A stretch of DNA of 64,000 nt from Eledone cirrhosa. Taxonomy: Eukaryota. Position 1 is the first letter of the stretch, and each line of letters begins with the position of its first letter. A program made the position numbers and the translations under genes. Of this stretch, positions 13,208-27,216 are shown piece by piece. The notes under the pieces were generated by a model. That model was given only the letters and a program-made list of their open reading frames with translations. It searched no databases and was not told the origin of the DNA. The DNA lies in assembly GCA_964016885.1 (NCBI GenBank), contig OZ024758.1, positions 16,306,001 to 16,370,000 of the forward strand, read 5' to 3'.

Positions 13208-13210
<3 letters not shown>
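12832..13210 (+). mobile_element. Family B PLE-like element with fold-back
   Basis: About 12832-12941 inverted relative to 13012-13119; flanked by (TA)n; copies at 21240, 29030, 40064, 50236. Confidence 0.8.
13014..13079 (+). ncRNA. Type I hammerhead ribozyme (family B)
   Basis: UAUUUUAU-CUGACGA-AGGCAUGCCAUAUU(UUU)AAUAUGGUAUCCCU-GAA-AUA(UG)UAU-A^-AUAAAAUA; 8-bp stem I; antisense twin in the inverted arm. Confidence 0.75.
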
Positions 13211-13271
<61 letters not shown>

Positions 13272-14218
13272 TATACATGAGGGTCGACTGAAAAGAGCGG
13301 GAGAGACGGAGGCAGTGACAGTAGGAGTTTGGTTCTTTTATGTTTGGACCTGGTGTATATATGTCTATATAAGAGAGAATGAGTCTAAAAGCTGTTTCTT
13401 GTACATTTACAACATACATAAATCTATATGTTGTCAGAATAAAGTAGTGAGGCTGACTTTATGTCTTTAGCCACAGATTTGATAGGAAATATGTATATAT
13501 TAGGTTGATATGTGGTCAAAAAATATCACAAATTGAAAGACTAATGAAAAAGAAACACAGTTTCCTTGGGCAGATCTGACAAGCGACTTGTCCTTTACCT
13601 TTTATTTAAACACATATATATCTGAGAATGAATAAAAGCTACAAAGAAAACTGTGGCTCTGAAGAAAGATATACTTCGATACTATGACCCTTACATTTAA
13701 TTAATAGTTAATACAATAATCATACTTTTTAATGAAAAAAAAAATAAATACACAACACAACCCAAAATGAAACAACAGAGAAAGAAAAATACAAAACAAA
13801 AGGAAAAATAATGCTTTCTTTTGAAAGTATTAACAGCTAAGATATGTTTTCAATTTTCTTTCCGTCTTATGAATGAATGATTTGTTTACAAACTATAGCG
13901 ACATGAATAAAAACAAAAGATTTAGCTAAGGTAGTTTATTTTACTGAAGATGCGGCATTTTGTTGCTTTGTTCTGCTCAGCTATAGGTTCTGGTTTGTAA
14001 TTTTGATTGTAATTCTTTTCCTTTTGACTGCAAAAGGTTATTACATTTTTTTCATCTATTTTTCTAATTTAATATTCTTATTGTCTAGGAATTAGACTGT
14101 CATGTAAACAGAATTCTTGATGCTCAGAGGGTTGATATAAACTTCGACATAGTATTTATTATATAAGAACGCGGGTGGTCATGTCAATAGTGTTTTAGAT
14201 GTAATCATAACACGACAC

Positions 14219-14350
14219 ATGATGATGATGATGAAAACAATGATATTGATGATGACGATAATGATGACGATGAAGATGATGATAATCATGATGATTATGA
14301 TGATGATGATGATAAAAATGACGATAATAATGATGATGACGATGAAGATG
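14219..14350. repeat. (GAT)n trinucleotide repeat
   Basis: Direct inspection. Confidence 0.9.
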
Positions 14351-14510
14351 ATAATTGTTTCTACTTTTGGCACAAGGCCAGCAAATTAGCCCAGTGCATT
14401 ACTGGTACTTTATTTTATCGACCCCGTAAGGATGGAAGGCAAAGTTAACCTCGGCGGGATTTGAACTTAGACTGTAAAGATACGTAACTATGCTGGAAAG
14501 CATGGCGGGC
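14351..14510 (-). mobile_element. S1 SINE
   Basis: Reverse-complement match to S1. Confidence 0.85.
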
Positions 14511-14902
14511 ATTCAGTTGCTCGATCCATCTCGTGAATTTTTTTGTGTAAGTCGATGAATATTCTATAGACAGGTATACCCTTAACATAATTTCCAAGCC
14601 GACAAAATTTCTCCTTTTAAATACAGGCACACCCCATTTGATGGGTTTCCATGCACTTTCCATCTATCCAATTTCCCAGTACACGATTCGTATTCTATTG
14701 CGAAGAAGACAAAGTAGACTCTAAGAAATGGAAAAAGATGAGTATTGGCGTACATCCTTTTCCATTTCTTAGAGGGTTCTAAACCCCACTATCAGGCTAA
14801 AATTTCTTTAGTGAAAAATACGGCGAAAGCTTCTATTTCTAATTTCAAACTCGCTCGCTGTTTCGAAACAAACTTACTTGTTATAATAAATGTACTATTA
14901 AT

Positions 14903-15090
14903 AATAATTGTTTCTACTTTTGGAACAATGCCAGCAATTATCCCAGTGTATTACTGGTACTTTATTTTATCGACCCCGTAAGGATGAAAGGTAAAGTTAA
15001 CCTCGGCTGGATTTGAACTCAGACCATAAAGGACCGTAACTCTTTGCTGCAAAGCATGGCGTCCGACCCTCTACCGATACTGCCAATCTA
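14903..15090 (-). mobile_element. S1 SINE
   Basis: Reverse-complement match to S1 including the A box. Confidence 0.85.
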
Positions 15091-15231
15091 CATGATTTCT
15101 AATTTACTTTATTTTATTGGAAGGATAAAAGGCGAAGTCAAACATGGTGGGATTTGACTTCTGAATGGAAAGGACCGGAGCAAATAATGTATTGCAATGT
15201 CTTAGTCTAAAGCGAGAAGTCTCGTTAGTGT

Positions 15232-15476
15232 GTGACAGCTCACACCTATGCAGGTTTAGCTGGCCTCCTCCAAGGTATATCTCGTTGGAGGTGTCTTGTG
15301 TGATTTAATGATAGGGACCCCAGTCCTATCATCACATTTCTACAGCTGAGTAAACTGGAGCAGCATGAAATAAAATGTTTTGCTCAATGAATCAACACAT
15401 CACCCGGTCCGAGAATTGAACTCACAACCTTTCGATTGCAAGCCCAATGCTCTAACCACTAAGCCATGCGCCTTCA
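15232..15476 (-). mobile_element. CORE-like SINE, family S2b
   Basis: Same head as S2a with a different tail (CTAAACCTGCATAGGTGTGAGCTGT); matches 58198-58430 and 58650-58893. Confidence 0.8.
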
Positions 15477-16321
15477 CTCGTTAGGTCGATACTTATCCCG
15501 GTTTCATGGCGTCAGGCGAATGAGAGTACAAGACTTCCCACTGGACAGGTCACCATATAATGTGAGAGAAGTAATTATTCTATGAAGCCATTCATCACTC
15601 CTTATATCTTACTACGTCCATGTAGAAGCGGCGAAAAGACTATGTTGAACCTGATATTGTCTAAAACATAGCATAATTAATATATAACTATCAGTTTCTG
15701 AACTTCTTCCCTCGATGTATTAACTTTAAAATATTCGTCGTATGAAATAGATTATAAGCGTTGCCGATAAGAGAAGTTTTAAATAATAAATCATATTGAT
15801 ATTTACTCTAGAATGCCATTAGTTAAACATTTAATAATGCAGTCATATATGTGCTCTGTTTTTCTGATGGCTCTGTGGAAGACAATCCTATTCAGAAGCA
15901 ATGCTCCATGGCTTAAGTTATATATTGTTTTAGCTGAAAATTACTTTCAAAGTAACATATTTATCATAAAAATTTCGTTTTGGATTTTCTTAATCTATCC
16001 TGTATGATTCCTATTCTATCTTAATGCTATTTGATCGTAAATAATACAAATTAAACATCTACCAATTCAAGCTGCCGCTTTTTCAGCCGATCTCCAGACA
16101 CTCGCTGCATATGTTACAATATGAAGCATGAAGCAAGTTCTTGGTTAAATTTATGTCTTTTATCCCGACAAATACACCAAATACAGCGACGGACAGCTAC
16201 GTAGTTACCATTAGGGACCCTGTTTTATCTCACTGTAATCGTATGAAATTCAAATGAAAGACCAAACGAATGTAATTGTTTCTGCTTATATTATAAAAAC
16301 CCATTATCTATTGTTAAACGA

Positions 16322-16357
<36 letters not shown>

Positions 16358-16546
16358 CGCACATATATATATATATATATGTACATATATATACACATAC
16401 ATGCATACAAACGCACATACACACACACAGACACAGACACACACACACACATATATATATATAAATATATATATACACACATATATATATATACATATGT
16501 ACATATGTATATACAGATACATGCATACAGACGCACACACAGACAT

Positions 16547-16581
<35 letters not shown>

Positions 16582-16598
16582 CACACGCACACATATAT

Positions 16599-16643
<45 letters not shown>

Positions 16644-16689
16644 TATATATATATATATACACGCACACATATATATATATATATACACG

Positions 16690-16753
<64 letters not shown>

Positions 16754-16919
16754 CTCACACACACATTCACACTCACATTCACACACACACACACACATTA
16801 GAATTAATTCAATATTTGGATGCTGGGAGAAAATGTAATATTCTCCATGGCGTATACATAAATCTGGATAATATGAAGGGAAAATACAATATCACATCAA
16901 ATATAAAGTCACTATTTCA

Positions 16920-17460
16920 GCTTTTCCTTTCATCCTTACGGGGTCGATAAAATAAAGTACCAGTAACGCGCTGGGATCGATCTAACTGATTTTCCTCTCC
17001 TCTCAAATTGTTGGCCTTGTGCCCTAAATCAGAAACCATTATCTAGGGCGGTGGATTGGCAGTATCGGTAGAGGGTCGGACGCCATGCTTTCCAGCATAG
17101 TTACGTCCCTTTACGGTCTGAGTTCAAATCCCGCCGGAGTTAACTTTGCCTTTCATCCTTACGGGGTCGATAAAATAAAGTACCAGTAACGCGCTGGGGT
17201 CGATCTAACTGATTTTCCTCTCCTCTCAAATTGTTGGCCTTTTGCCCTAAAACAGAAACCATTATCTAGGGTGGTGAATTGGCAGTATCGGTAGAGGGTC
17301 GGACGCCATGCTTTCCAGCATAGTTACGTCCCTTTACGTTCTGAGTTCAAATCCCGCCGGGGTTAACTTTGCCTTTCATCCTTACGAGGGTCGATAAAAT
17401 AAAGTACCAGTAATGTACTGGGTAATTGCTGGCCTTGTGCCTAAAGTAGAAACAATTATC
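16920..17460 (+). mobile_element. Tandem S1 SINE trimer (first copy truncated)
   Basis: Head-to-tail copies starting near 16920, 17045 and 17268. Confidence 0.85.
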
Positions 17461-18479
17461 TAGGTCGGTGGTTTAGCAGTATCATTCGTAATCCCACCAG
17501 CAACAACCACCAGTTTCAAGTGTAGTACATGACATAGGTATACTAAAAATTCAAGCTAATATCTTGGAATGTTTTATTTACTAAAGGAAAAACTTAACAA
17601 CTTACTAAAGCAAAAAAACTTAACTTAACTTAAACTAGCACATATTTATAATTTTCGCAATTTCGTGTTCCCTCCAATATAAATTTGTCACAATGTTTTT
17701 TCATCATAATGTAATTTCTCTTCAGAGTCCTATTTTTAACCTTATAATTCTATTTCATCAGATATCAGAGAAGAAATTGTAAATATTGTATATTTATGTA
17801 CACTTTAGTTTTATTTATTTATTTATTGACGTCAAAGTACTTTTTCCATCCACTTTCATTTCATTTCATTTCTTTAAAAAATTCGATCTAACCGTTTTGA
17901 AGTGCCGAGATTTTTTTTTTGTCTTGCTTTCTAATATAATTTTCCATCTTATAATACATTTTATATTGATTTATAATATTAGATTGAATTTAAAATGATA
18001 AGAATCATATTTAATTAGAAAAAGTATTTTACAAAGTCATGTAGGACACACGTTTTGAAAAAGTCAGGGAAATGTTATTTTCTGATAAGTAATATTGTTG
18101 GTCTTGGAGTAATGAACTAATAGCTGCTCAGTGAGCAGAGTTTAAGAATGAAAAGTTATAAAACACGATTGTTCATGACTAAATCACTTAGAAGGTTTTT
18201 CATTCTAAATATTGTTTTTAAGATGGGAAAATTGTCGAGACTAACGTCTCCATTTAATATAAATACATTTTCACTTAACATTTTAAATCTTGATGTTTTT
18301 TCCTTAACTTATTTTAGCCATTTTCAAAAACAAAAGATAAAAATTCAAAATACTGTATTTTCCTTTTTTGCCTTTAAAGATTAAAGACACTGCGTATAGA
18401 CGAGGCATAAAGAGCTGTGCTCTGTAATGAAGTCACGACACACAAAAAAAAAGACCCAAAGACTTGTAATAATGAAGGA

Positions 18480-19098
18480 GGAGGGGAAAGTCGATTAAAT
18501 CGACCCCAGTACGTTACTGGTGCTTTATTTTATAGACCTCGTAAGGATGAAAGGCAAAGTTAACCTCGGCTGGATTTGAACTCAGACCGTAAAGGGCCGT
18601 AACTCTATGCAACAAAGCATAGTGTCCGACTCTCTACCGATACTGCCAATCCACCACCCTCAAAAGAATTGTAATAAGACGTGTCTGATTTAGGCAGAAG
18701 GCTAGCCTTTTTTTTTGGTGGGGAGGGGGTAAGTTGATTAAATTGACCTCAGTCCATGACTGGTACTTTGCGTTATCGATTCCATACAGATGAAAAGCAA
18801 AGTTAACCTCGGCGGTATTTGAAATCAGAAACTAAAGGGATGTAACTCTATGCCACAAAGCATGTTGACTGTCACTGTACGCCTTCAAGAAGAAGAAGAA
18901 GAATAAAAATGGTTTCTGATTTAGGCACAAGGCCAGCCATTTTGGGGAGAAGGGTATGTCTATTAAATCGATCCTCAGTTCGTTACTGGTACCTTATTTT
19001 AACGACCCCGTAAGGATGAAAGGCAGAGTTAACCTCGACGGGATTTGAACTCAGACCGTAAAGGGACGTAACTATGTTAGAAAGCATGGCGTCCGATA
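18480..19098 (-). mobile_element. Three S1 SINE copies
   Basis: Reverse-complement S1 at about 18480-18660, 18685-18870 and 18908-19098. Confidence 0.85.
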
Positions 19099-19799
19099 GT
19101 GCCATATCAATCACAACAACAATTCAGTAGTTAAAAGGCATTTGATTTGAATGAAGGTAATATGTATTGAATTGAAGGATGTATTTGTCACAATACTTGG
19201 AAACCTCAGCTTAAAAGGTAGGTAACTACATCAATTATTCAACACACACTGGGAGTGGGAAAATGGCTGTCAATGAACCCTATACCACTGACAAGATTAA
19301 GTAGCTGATAATCCAGTAGGGATTATAGACGTTTTGAACCATCGTCTTCACCGAATGATTTGTAATATCTTTATTTTTATCTAATTAAATAAATGACTGC
19401 CTGGAAACCATTAACCAGTTAAGAGAAGCCATGTATTTCTGACTGCGTTAAAATGTCCCTGGGCTTACTTACAACTCTGAAATTAGTATTTAATTTTCAT
19501 GCAACAAATTACAGCGGATTAAGACACGAAAATTGTAAACACGGTCTTAGGGTCAATTTTACTGCATCCTTTATTTCCTAAACACAAGACCATTTCAATG
19601 TGGATGAAGTGTAATTAGTTGGCCTTAACATTGACATTACAGATATTCATTTCGTCGGCTAAAACCGATGGACCTTCGTCGGTTTCAGCGATGTGTTTTC
19701 CAGTTGTTCGATCAACAGAACAGCCTGATCATGAGATTAACTCGTGAGTGCTTGAACATTCAACAGACACATGTTCCACGGGAGTTACCGGAACTAAGT

Positions 19800-20013
19800 A
19801 TGTAAAAGAGGAACGACTTTCGTCAAATCGGACTGAGGAAACAATGTTTCTATTGGTCTTTCCAATTTCTAATACAATATCACATCGGTCGCAACTCCAG
19901 GTTGAAGGAGCAACGTGAAATAAAGTGTCTTGCTCAAGGACATAATGCATCGCCCGGTCCAGGAATCGAACTCACAACCTCACGATTGTGAATCCAATTC
20001 TCTTATGCCTTCA
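19800..20013 (-). mobile_element. S2a SINE
   Basis: Reverse complement of 3662-3872. Confidence 0.8.
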
Positions 20014-20481
20014 CAAAGTATGCAAATAAATATATAAAATACTCTATGACGTTCAGACTTTTCTTGACACCTTTGGTAATGTATGGAACAATGATTCTGA
20101 ATTGAAAAAAAAACGAAATCGAATTCGGAAATTATAAATACATGAAAAGTTTTGTCCGTCTGTCCGACTAGTAATTATGATGCTGTGAATATTGAGGGTT
20201 ACCCCTGAAGCATAAATGTGATGCATAATTACGAAACGAAAGTAATGATATATTTTATTCTAACAAATCGTTTCCAAACAATAAAGATATTTTATAAGTT
20301 ATTTATCTATAACATAATGATTTCCAGACATATGTATACATATATATCAATGTATTATGTATGGTATATATGTGTGTGAGTGTATGTGTATGCGTATTTG
20401 TATTTATGTATGATTATATATATATATATATATATTTATATGTCTGTGGGTATTTATGTATGATTATACATACATACATAC

Positions 20482-20557
<76 letters not shown>

Positions 20558-21239
20558 AAGTGGTATATCGATTTTGTCTAGAGACGAATTTTTCTTAAAC
20601 TACACTCTATTTTTGTTTATTGTTTTTTCCAGACGTTTCTTCTGTTTTTATTGAGTAGTGGCTCATTTATCTTTCCTTGGCACACTCTTCAGCCTTGCAG
20701 CATTTTACCTTATGTTGAAACAATATAATTATCTCACGCTACATGAATACAAAAAAATACTAAGCATATACGTCATACCTTTGAGTTTACTACGAACGTC
20801 GATAGTAAAATGACACTCGGAAGAAAGTATATAAATTTTATTACTTAGTTTTAGTTAAACAAAAGAAACCCATTCTCAGACATAAGGTCATATTCTAATA
20901 ATAAATTTCACCTCAGTTATTGGTTGATTTTATTTTATCGATTATAAAATAAAGTGTAACGTATTTTATTTAAATATTTCTTCTAGATCTAGATGAATAT
21001 TCACATAAGATGGGTGGTGACGAGTCATTGGAATGTCGCTAAATCTAATATAAATTGTAGGGTAGATGTAGGGGTGATTTGGGATAGGGATGGGGCTGTT
21101 GGACTGATTAGCTGTTATATTGTTATAGAAGCTCACAACTGATATAAAAAATAATAATAAATAAAAAAAAAAAAAATAAATAAAAAAAATAAAAATAAAA
21201 AGTAAATAAAAAAAAAGAATATATATATATATATATATA

Positions 21240-21347
21240 CGATATTAAATAAATGGAAACTATATTTATAAAACCATATTTATTTCATACATATTTCAGG
21301 GATACCAAATTAAAATATGGTATGCCTTCATCAGACAAAATACAATA
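21240..21347 (-). mobile_element. Family B tail-less (inverted-arm-type) copy with hammerhead core
   Basis: Starts CGATATTAAA after (TA)n, the same breakpoint as 12832 and 40064; contains reverse-complement CTGATGAAGGCATACC...CCCTGAAA. Confidence 0.7.
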
Positions 21348-21533
21348 TTACAATTGTTTCTATATCTATCAGCTGGAGTTTGATCCGATCACCTCATCAA
21401 ACCCGAGCTGATATACAAAAACAATTGAAATATGAAATAACGTTTCACAAAAAGCTGCAATTCTTATTCTCACTCTATATATACATTATATATATATATA
21501 TATAATTGTGTAATAAACAACACAAGACAATTA

Positions 21534-21606
21534 TTCCATTTACCAAAGGTTTCACGAAGACAGACGAACCCAACAGAGACGTCTAAAATCGCTCATCAGA
21601 ATGAAA
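21534..21606 (-). ncRNA. Type I hammerhead ribozyme (family I, element about 21503-21640)
   Basis: UUUCAUU-CUGAUGA-GCGA...AGACG(..)CGUCU...UCGU-GAA-ACC(UUU)GGU-A^-AAUGGAA; canonical core. Confidence 0.75.
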
Positions 21607-21658
21607 ATTTAATATGGACGTAAGATATGAATTTAATATATATAGATATATATGTATT

Positions 21659-21693
<35 letters not shown>

Positions 21694-21694
<1 letters not shown>

Positions 21695-21967
21695 GAAGTG
21701 GTTACACAACAGCTTGTTCACCATACCGAGAACAATTGTTTCACCTTAGCGGATCCTCAGCTCGTAATGGACATGGTTATACGCATGCGCGTTCGTACAG
21801 TTGTCCTTCCCGTTCCGTATAACCATGCCCATTACGAGCTGAGGATCTGCTAAGGTAAAACAATTGTTCTCGGTATGGTGAACTAACTGTTGTGTAACCA
21901 CTTCTACCTAACTCGTCCCATGGACTGAGTACTCTACCACTACGGATATTACGTTCCAGTGTTCCAC

Positions 21968-21971
<4 letters not shown>
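21694..21971 (+). mobile_element. Family E PLE-like element with fold-back
   Basis: Arms 21694-21783 and 21816-21906 are inverted; ACTC/GAGT hairpin at 21911-21933; (TA)n flanks. Confidence 0.8.
21727..21764 (-). ncRNA. Minimal type I hammerhead (family E); the + twin at 21835-21872 has G12->A
   Basis: CGAG-CUGAGGA-U-CC(GCUAA)GG-U-GAA-ACA(AU)UGU-U^-CUCG. Confidence 0.7.
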
Positions 21972-22017
<46 letters not shown>

Positions 22018-22039
22018 ATATATATCTATATATATATGT

Positions 22040-22308
22040 ATGTCATTACCACAGCAGAGGTCACTACCACAGCAGAGGTCCGACGATCTTTTGATTCCAG
22101 AGTCGTGCCAGATTGGTACAGATCGAACCTTGAGCTGATCAATAGTGAAACGCACATCACAAATCAATAAACGTAATGAAGACGTAACAAATCGTCCTTT
22201 TATTATTATATTTACACTCTACTTAGCTCTACACCTGTTTGAAGATGTGAATCTAAGCATCGAGTTCTCACCTGGGTGAACCTACAATAACAGCCTGTCA
22301 CACTCCAT

Positions 22309-22310
<2 letters not shown>
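22040..22310 (+). mobile_element. Family N PLE-like element with degenerate hammerhead and bulged hairpin
   Basis: CCGACGA-U-CUUUUGAUU...GAUCAAUAG-U-GAAAC (22080-22151); ACTC-TACTTAG...CTAAGCA-TC-GAGT (22216-22265); (TA)n flanks. Confidence 0.55.
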
Positions 22311-22356
<46 letters not shown>

Positions 22357-22360
<4 letters not shown>

Positions 22361-22575
22361 ATAATAATAAATGTGAAGACTAAAATCCAAAGTGGGCTCG
22401 ATAAGGATAAATATATATCAAATATATAAGAACCGTAGAGCAAATATTTATTAAAATAACAGATTAAAGTTTAAGCAAAGAATCGCTGCTTTCACCCTTA
22501 ACGGGAACTTCAGAAGATCCTGTTAAGGGTGAAAGCAGCGATTCTTTGCTTAAACTTTAATCTTGTATTTTAATA
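22357..22575 (-). mobile_element. Family A element with fold-back
   Basis: Reverse complement of about 530-681 followed by a + arm at 22511-22574. Confidence 0.8.
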
Positions 22576-22584
22576 TATATATAT

Positions 22585-22621
<37 letters not shown>

Positions 22622-22782
22622 CATATATATATATATATACACATACATATATATATATATATACACATACATATATATATACACATACATATATATATAT
22701 ATATACACATACATATATATATACACATACATATATATATATATATATATACACATACATATATATACACACATACATATAT

Positions 22783-22898
<116 letters not shown>

Positions 22899-22924
22899 GT
22901 CAATATATGCATATGTTTTTATAT

Positions 22925-23227
22925 GTCTCTTGTGTTGAAAAGGAGGTCAAGTATGTTATAGATCACTAAATAGTTGCTCCGAAGAATCCAAACCTCGGTT
23001 TGGAGGAAACAATTGTAAGCAAATAAATGATTTAAACTGAACTTTGATTATTGTAATCTCTATATAACTGCTCTGTAAAACAACTGATGTTATTACATTG
23101 AGCTATTTATCTTACTGGTAATAAGATAGTAATGAATGACTATCTTTCACTATTTGGGGTTTGTATATAAAAAATATATAACCATAAAAGGTTTTATTCT
23201 ATACATAACCATAAATAGTATCCTTAA

Positions 23228-23232
<5 letters not shown>
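22925..23232 (+). mobile_element. Family L PLE-like element
   Basis: Second copy at 57875-58175; hammerhead and GCTC/GAGC hairpin (23070-23103); ends in (TA)n. Confidence 0.75.
22974..23022 (+). ncRNA. Type I hammerhead variant (family L)
   Basis: UUGCU-CCGAAGA-A-UCCAAACC(UC)GGUUUGGA-G-GAA-ACA(AU)UGU-A^-AGCAA. Confidence 0.65.
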
Positions 23233-23270
<38 letters not shown>

Positions 23271-23279
23271 CATATATAT

Positions 23280-23322
<43 letters not shown>

Positions 23323-23325
23323 TAT

Positions 23326-23366
<41 letters not shown>

Positions 23367-23375
23367 CATATATAT

Positions 23376-23418
<43 letters not shown>

Positions 23419-23727
23419 TATATATATACACACACACATATATATATACACACACACATATATATATACACACACATATATATATACACACACACATATA
23501 TATATACACACACACATATATATACACATACACATATATATATACACACACATATATATATACACACACATATATATATACACACACACATATATATACA
23601 CACACACATATATTTACACACACACATATATATACACACACACACATATATATACACACACACATATATATACACACACACACATATATATACACACACA
23701 CACATATATATACACACACATATATAA

Positions 23728-23778
<51 letters not shown>

Positions 23779-24004
23779 TATATATATACACATGTACTAC
23801 TCGTCATACGGAGCTTTGTAAAATATCTACAGTGTGGTTACAGAGAGTAATGAAACTCGTGTTGGGTTCACTGTTATCTATTCCATTTGTTATATCAGTG
23901 AAATTACTATATATTCCTTGTATTATTGGAAAATGGCTGTCTCACATTTTCTTGTAAATTTAACATAATTCTCAGTTAGACGAAGTATCGCATGTTGAGT
24001 GTAG

Positions 24005-24308
24005 ATAATTGTTTCTACTTTAGGCACAAGGCCAGCAATTACTGAGTGCATTACTGGTACTTTATTTTATCGACCCCGTAAGGATGAAAGGCAAAGTTAA
24101 CCTCGGCGGAACAAGGCCAGCAATTTTGGGGGAGGGGATAGTCGATTAAATCGACCCCAGTACGTGACTGGTACTTTATTTTATCGATCCCGTAAGGATG
24201 AAAGGCAAAGTTAACCTCGGCAGGATTTGAACTCAGTTCGTAAAGGGAAGTAACTATGCAGGAAAGCATGGCGTCCGACCCTCTACCGATACTGCCAATC
24301 GCCCGCCC
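24005..24308 (-). mobile_element. S1 SINE dimer
   Basis: Truncated copy fused to a full copy. Confidence 0.85.
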
Positions 24309-25018
24309 TTATAATGCCCTAATTTTCGACCAGGAGACCGCCATTTTGTATTTTCACTCTATAAAAAAAGACTCACAACTTAAAACTTAAATATAACGAT
24401 TATTTAAATGGATATGAAACTGCAAACTTTCACAGAAAAAAACTGGGATGTTGTCAGATTTTATTTGACGCAAATTAATATTGAAATGGCTTCAACATGC
24501 TATAGAAATATTTTCTTTGTCTGATTTTGTCTGACTTTATTGATAACACATCACAACTCAGGAAAAAATAAAATGAATTGGCTCAACTAACATATAAACA
24601 CACATATATACACGCGTGTATGTTAACACACTCGCACACACACATATATACACACATACATATATATATATATTGATATATATATATATACATATATATA
24701 AATATACATATGCATATACATATATATCTAAATATACATATATATATATATATATACATATATAAACATATATATGCATATATATATACATATATATATA
24801 ATATATAAACATATATATGCATATATATACACATATATAAACATATATGTATATGCATATATATATATACATATATAAACATATATTTACACATATATAT
24901 ACATATATACACATATATATACATATATACATATATATACATATATGTATATACAAATATATATATATATATATACAAATATATACATATATATATACAC
25001 ACACACATACACACACAT

Positions 25019-25118
<100 letters not shown>

Positions 25119-25544
25119 ATATGTGCGTCTCAGACGTAAAGTCATTTTAGTAAAATCTCATGAGTGCTTCATAGATTCAATAAACATAAAATCTTATCTT
25201 AACAGGATACCGCATTAGACCTTCTCCTGGATTAAATAATAAGAACATAGTTTTATCTTAAGATGGTAGTTCTCTTTCTTTTTCATTCTATGGCGAGTAT
25301 TTCTTGAATAATCTTATTTCTGTCTCCACAGAACTCCATGTAGTGTTGGTGTGATTATTCAATCGATGCGAAGTGACTTCCGCTTCAGTGACAGACTGTA
25401 CTCATACTACAGCTTCAAACATACGCATGTGGGCTGACGAGTTCAGAGATTGATCAGTTCATAGGCTGACCAAGATGCTCCCATGGAATGACGAAATAAG
25501 GTTTATTTTCCACCAAAGATACAATGCAGTTATTGTTAAGAAGT

Positions 25545-25685
25545 GCATTACTGTTACTTTATTTTATCGACCCCCGTAAGAATGAAAGGCAAAGTCAACC
25601 TTGGCGGGATTTGAACTCAGATCGTAAAGGGACGTAACTATGCTGGAAAGCATGGCGTCCGACCCTCTACCGTTACTGCCAATTA
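25545..25685 (-). mobile_element. S1 SINE
   Basis: Reverse-complement S1 next to a mariner-MITE fragment (about 25457-25540). Confidence 0.8.
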
Positions 25686-26345
25686 ATGGTTGCGTTATCA
25701 CAGTCGCTGTCCAGACAGGCGTCCAGGACTCTCTCGATTAGGGTTGTGAAGGCGTCGGCCATAGGTAGTATGGCCGACGCTTTCACAAGGTTTTTACATA
25801 GGAACAAAGCTAGAATAGGTTTAGTCGATTAAATTCTTCCAGTATCTAACTGGTACGTTATTATATTGATTTAAGAGTGTTAAAAGAGTCATGAGAGTGT
25901 GGTCGATATAATCGACTTTTAATTCCACCAAAATTGATGGCTTTGTGCTAAAATTAGAAAAAAAACTTATACTAACATTCAAACAAACAAACAGCCACAC
26001 GTTCACACATATATGTGGGTTGTTGGCAAACCCTCAATATTAGATTAAACGAGACGGAAGAGCTGAGGTAAGAATAAGTAATTAAGTAGACGATAGTGAA
26101 GTGATAGGATATGATACGTAATTTGACAGCGGGGAGTACTAGAGGAATTCTAACCACATGCCCAGAGGATCAGAGATGTGATCTCTCAATTCAGAGAAGC
26201 AGCAACTCTACCTGGGGTGACCCTCTCATATCAAACATCACTCAGTCATAGTCAGCTTATGAACTATTCAGTTCACACCCGTATATGAGACAGCGCGTTG
26301 AAATTAAAGCAGTTATATCGTGGAAGTCATTATATATATAATACC

Positions 26346-26536
26346 TGGCGGTGGATTGGCAGTATCGGTAGAGGGTCGGACGCCATGCTTTCCAGCATAG
26401 TTACGTCCCTTTACGATCTGAGTTCAAATCCCGCCGAGGTTGACTTTGCCTTTCATCCTTACGGGGTCGATAAAATAAAGTACCAGTAATACACTGGGAT
26501 AATTGCTGGCCTTGTGCCTAAAGTAGAAACAATTAT
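26346..26536 (+). mobile_element. S1 SINE, full length
   Basis: GGCGGTGGATTGGCAGTATCGG...GAGTTCAAATCCC...GAAACAATTAT. Confidence 0.9.
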
Positions 26537-26673
26537 ATATATAATACCTAATGATGTCATCGGATTCCTACTGGACCGGTCATTGAAATGATCATAGTAT
26601 AATAAACCTTTTAAGGAATTACACCAGTCCAGCCTGCTGTTATTTTATAACACACACACACATTTATATATAT

Positions 26674-26761
<88 letters not shown>

Positions 26762-26780
26762 GTATATATATATATATATA

Positions 26781-26981
26781 GTTTTAATATAGATGAGATT
26801 CTACAGGACTAGAACTGTTTCATTCTTTAGAAATCATCAGGAATCTTGAGATTCCTGATGATTTCTAAAGAATGAAACAGTTCTAGTCCTGTAGAATCTT
26901 ATCTATATTAAAACTTTTATACCCTGCAATGTATTGAGTACCTTACTTACTGTGGTTACCTCCGATTCAACCCGGAATAAC

Positions 26982-26982
<1 letters not shown>
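26781..26982 (+). mobile_element. Family D PLE-like element with fold-back
   Basis: 26781-26846 inverted relative to 26849-26914; hairpin 26921-26942; (TA)n flanks; copies at 49473, 56474, 63447. Confidence 0.8.
26849..26899 (+). ncRNA. Type I hammerhead (family D); antisense twin at 26796-26846
   Basis: AGAUUC-CUGAUGA-U-UUC(UAAA)GAA-U-GAA-ACAG(UUCUAGUC)CUGU-A^-GAAUCU. Confidence 0.75.
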
Positions 26983-27025
<43 letters not shown>

Positions 27026-27028
<3 letters not shown>

Positions 27029-27216
27029 TCATTCGCACCGTTTCCTTTCGCTATATGTCTCTCCACCACTCCCCTACACACCTTTTGAACTCTCACCTGA
27101 AGAAGGGCTTATGCCCGAAACGTCGTCCTCCACCTACCCCCCACTCTCCTGAGCGTGAATTTAATAAACATTTGTCGTACTGCCTCTCTGTTCTGTCCCT
27201 GTTCAATTTTTCATTA
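27026..27216 (+). mobile_element. Family G element with hammerhead core (27097-27127)
   Basis: CUGAAGA-A-GGGC(UUAU)GCCC-GAAACGUCGUC; stem I not evident; related 3' fragments at 43261, 49380, 56352. Confidence 0.55.

Noticed and set aside
20604-20660. ACTC...TT-GAGT as another bulged hairpin
   Set aside because: Upper stem only about 2 bp; no ribozyme or inversion nearby
26781-26914. Fold-back elements as classical MITEs with TA target duplications
   Set aside because: The inverted arms are asymmetric (tail on one side only), inversion centres differ between copies of a family, and tail-less single-arm copies exist, unlike fixed TIRs
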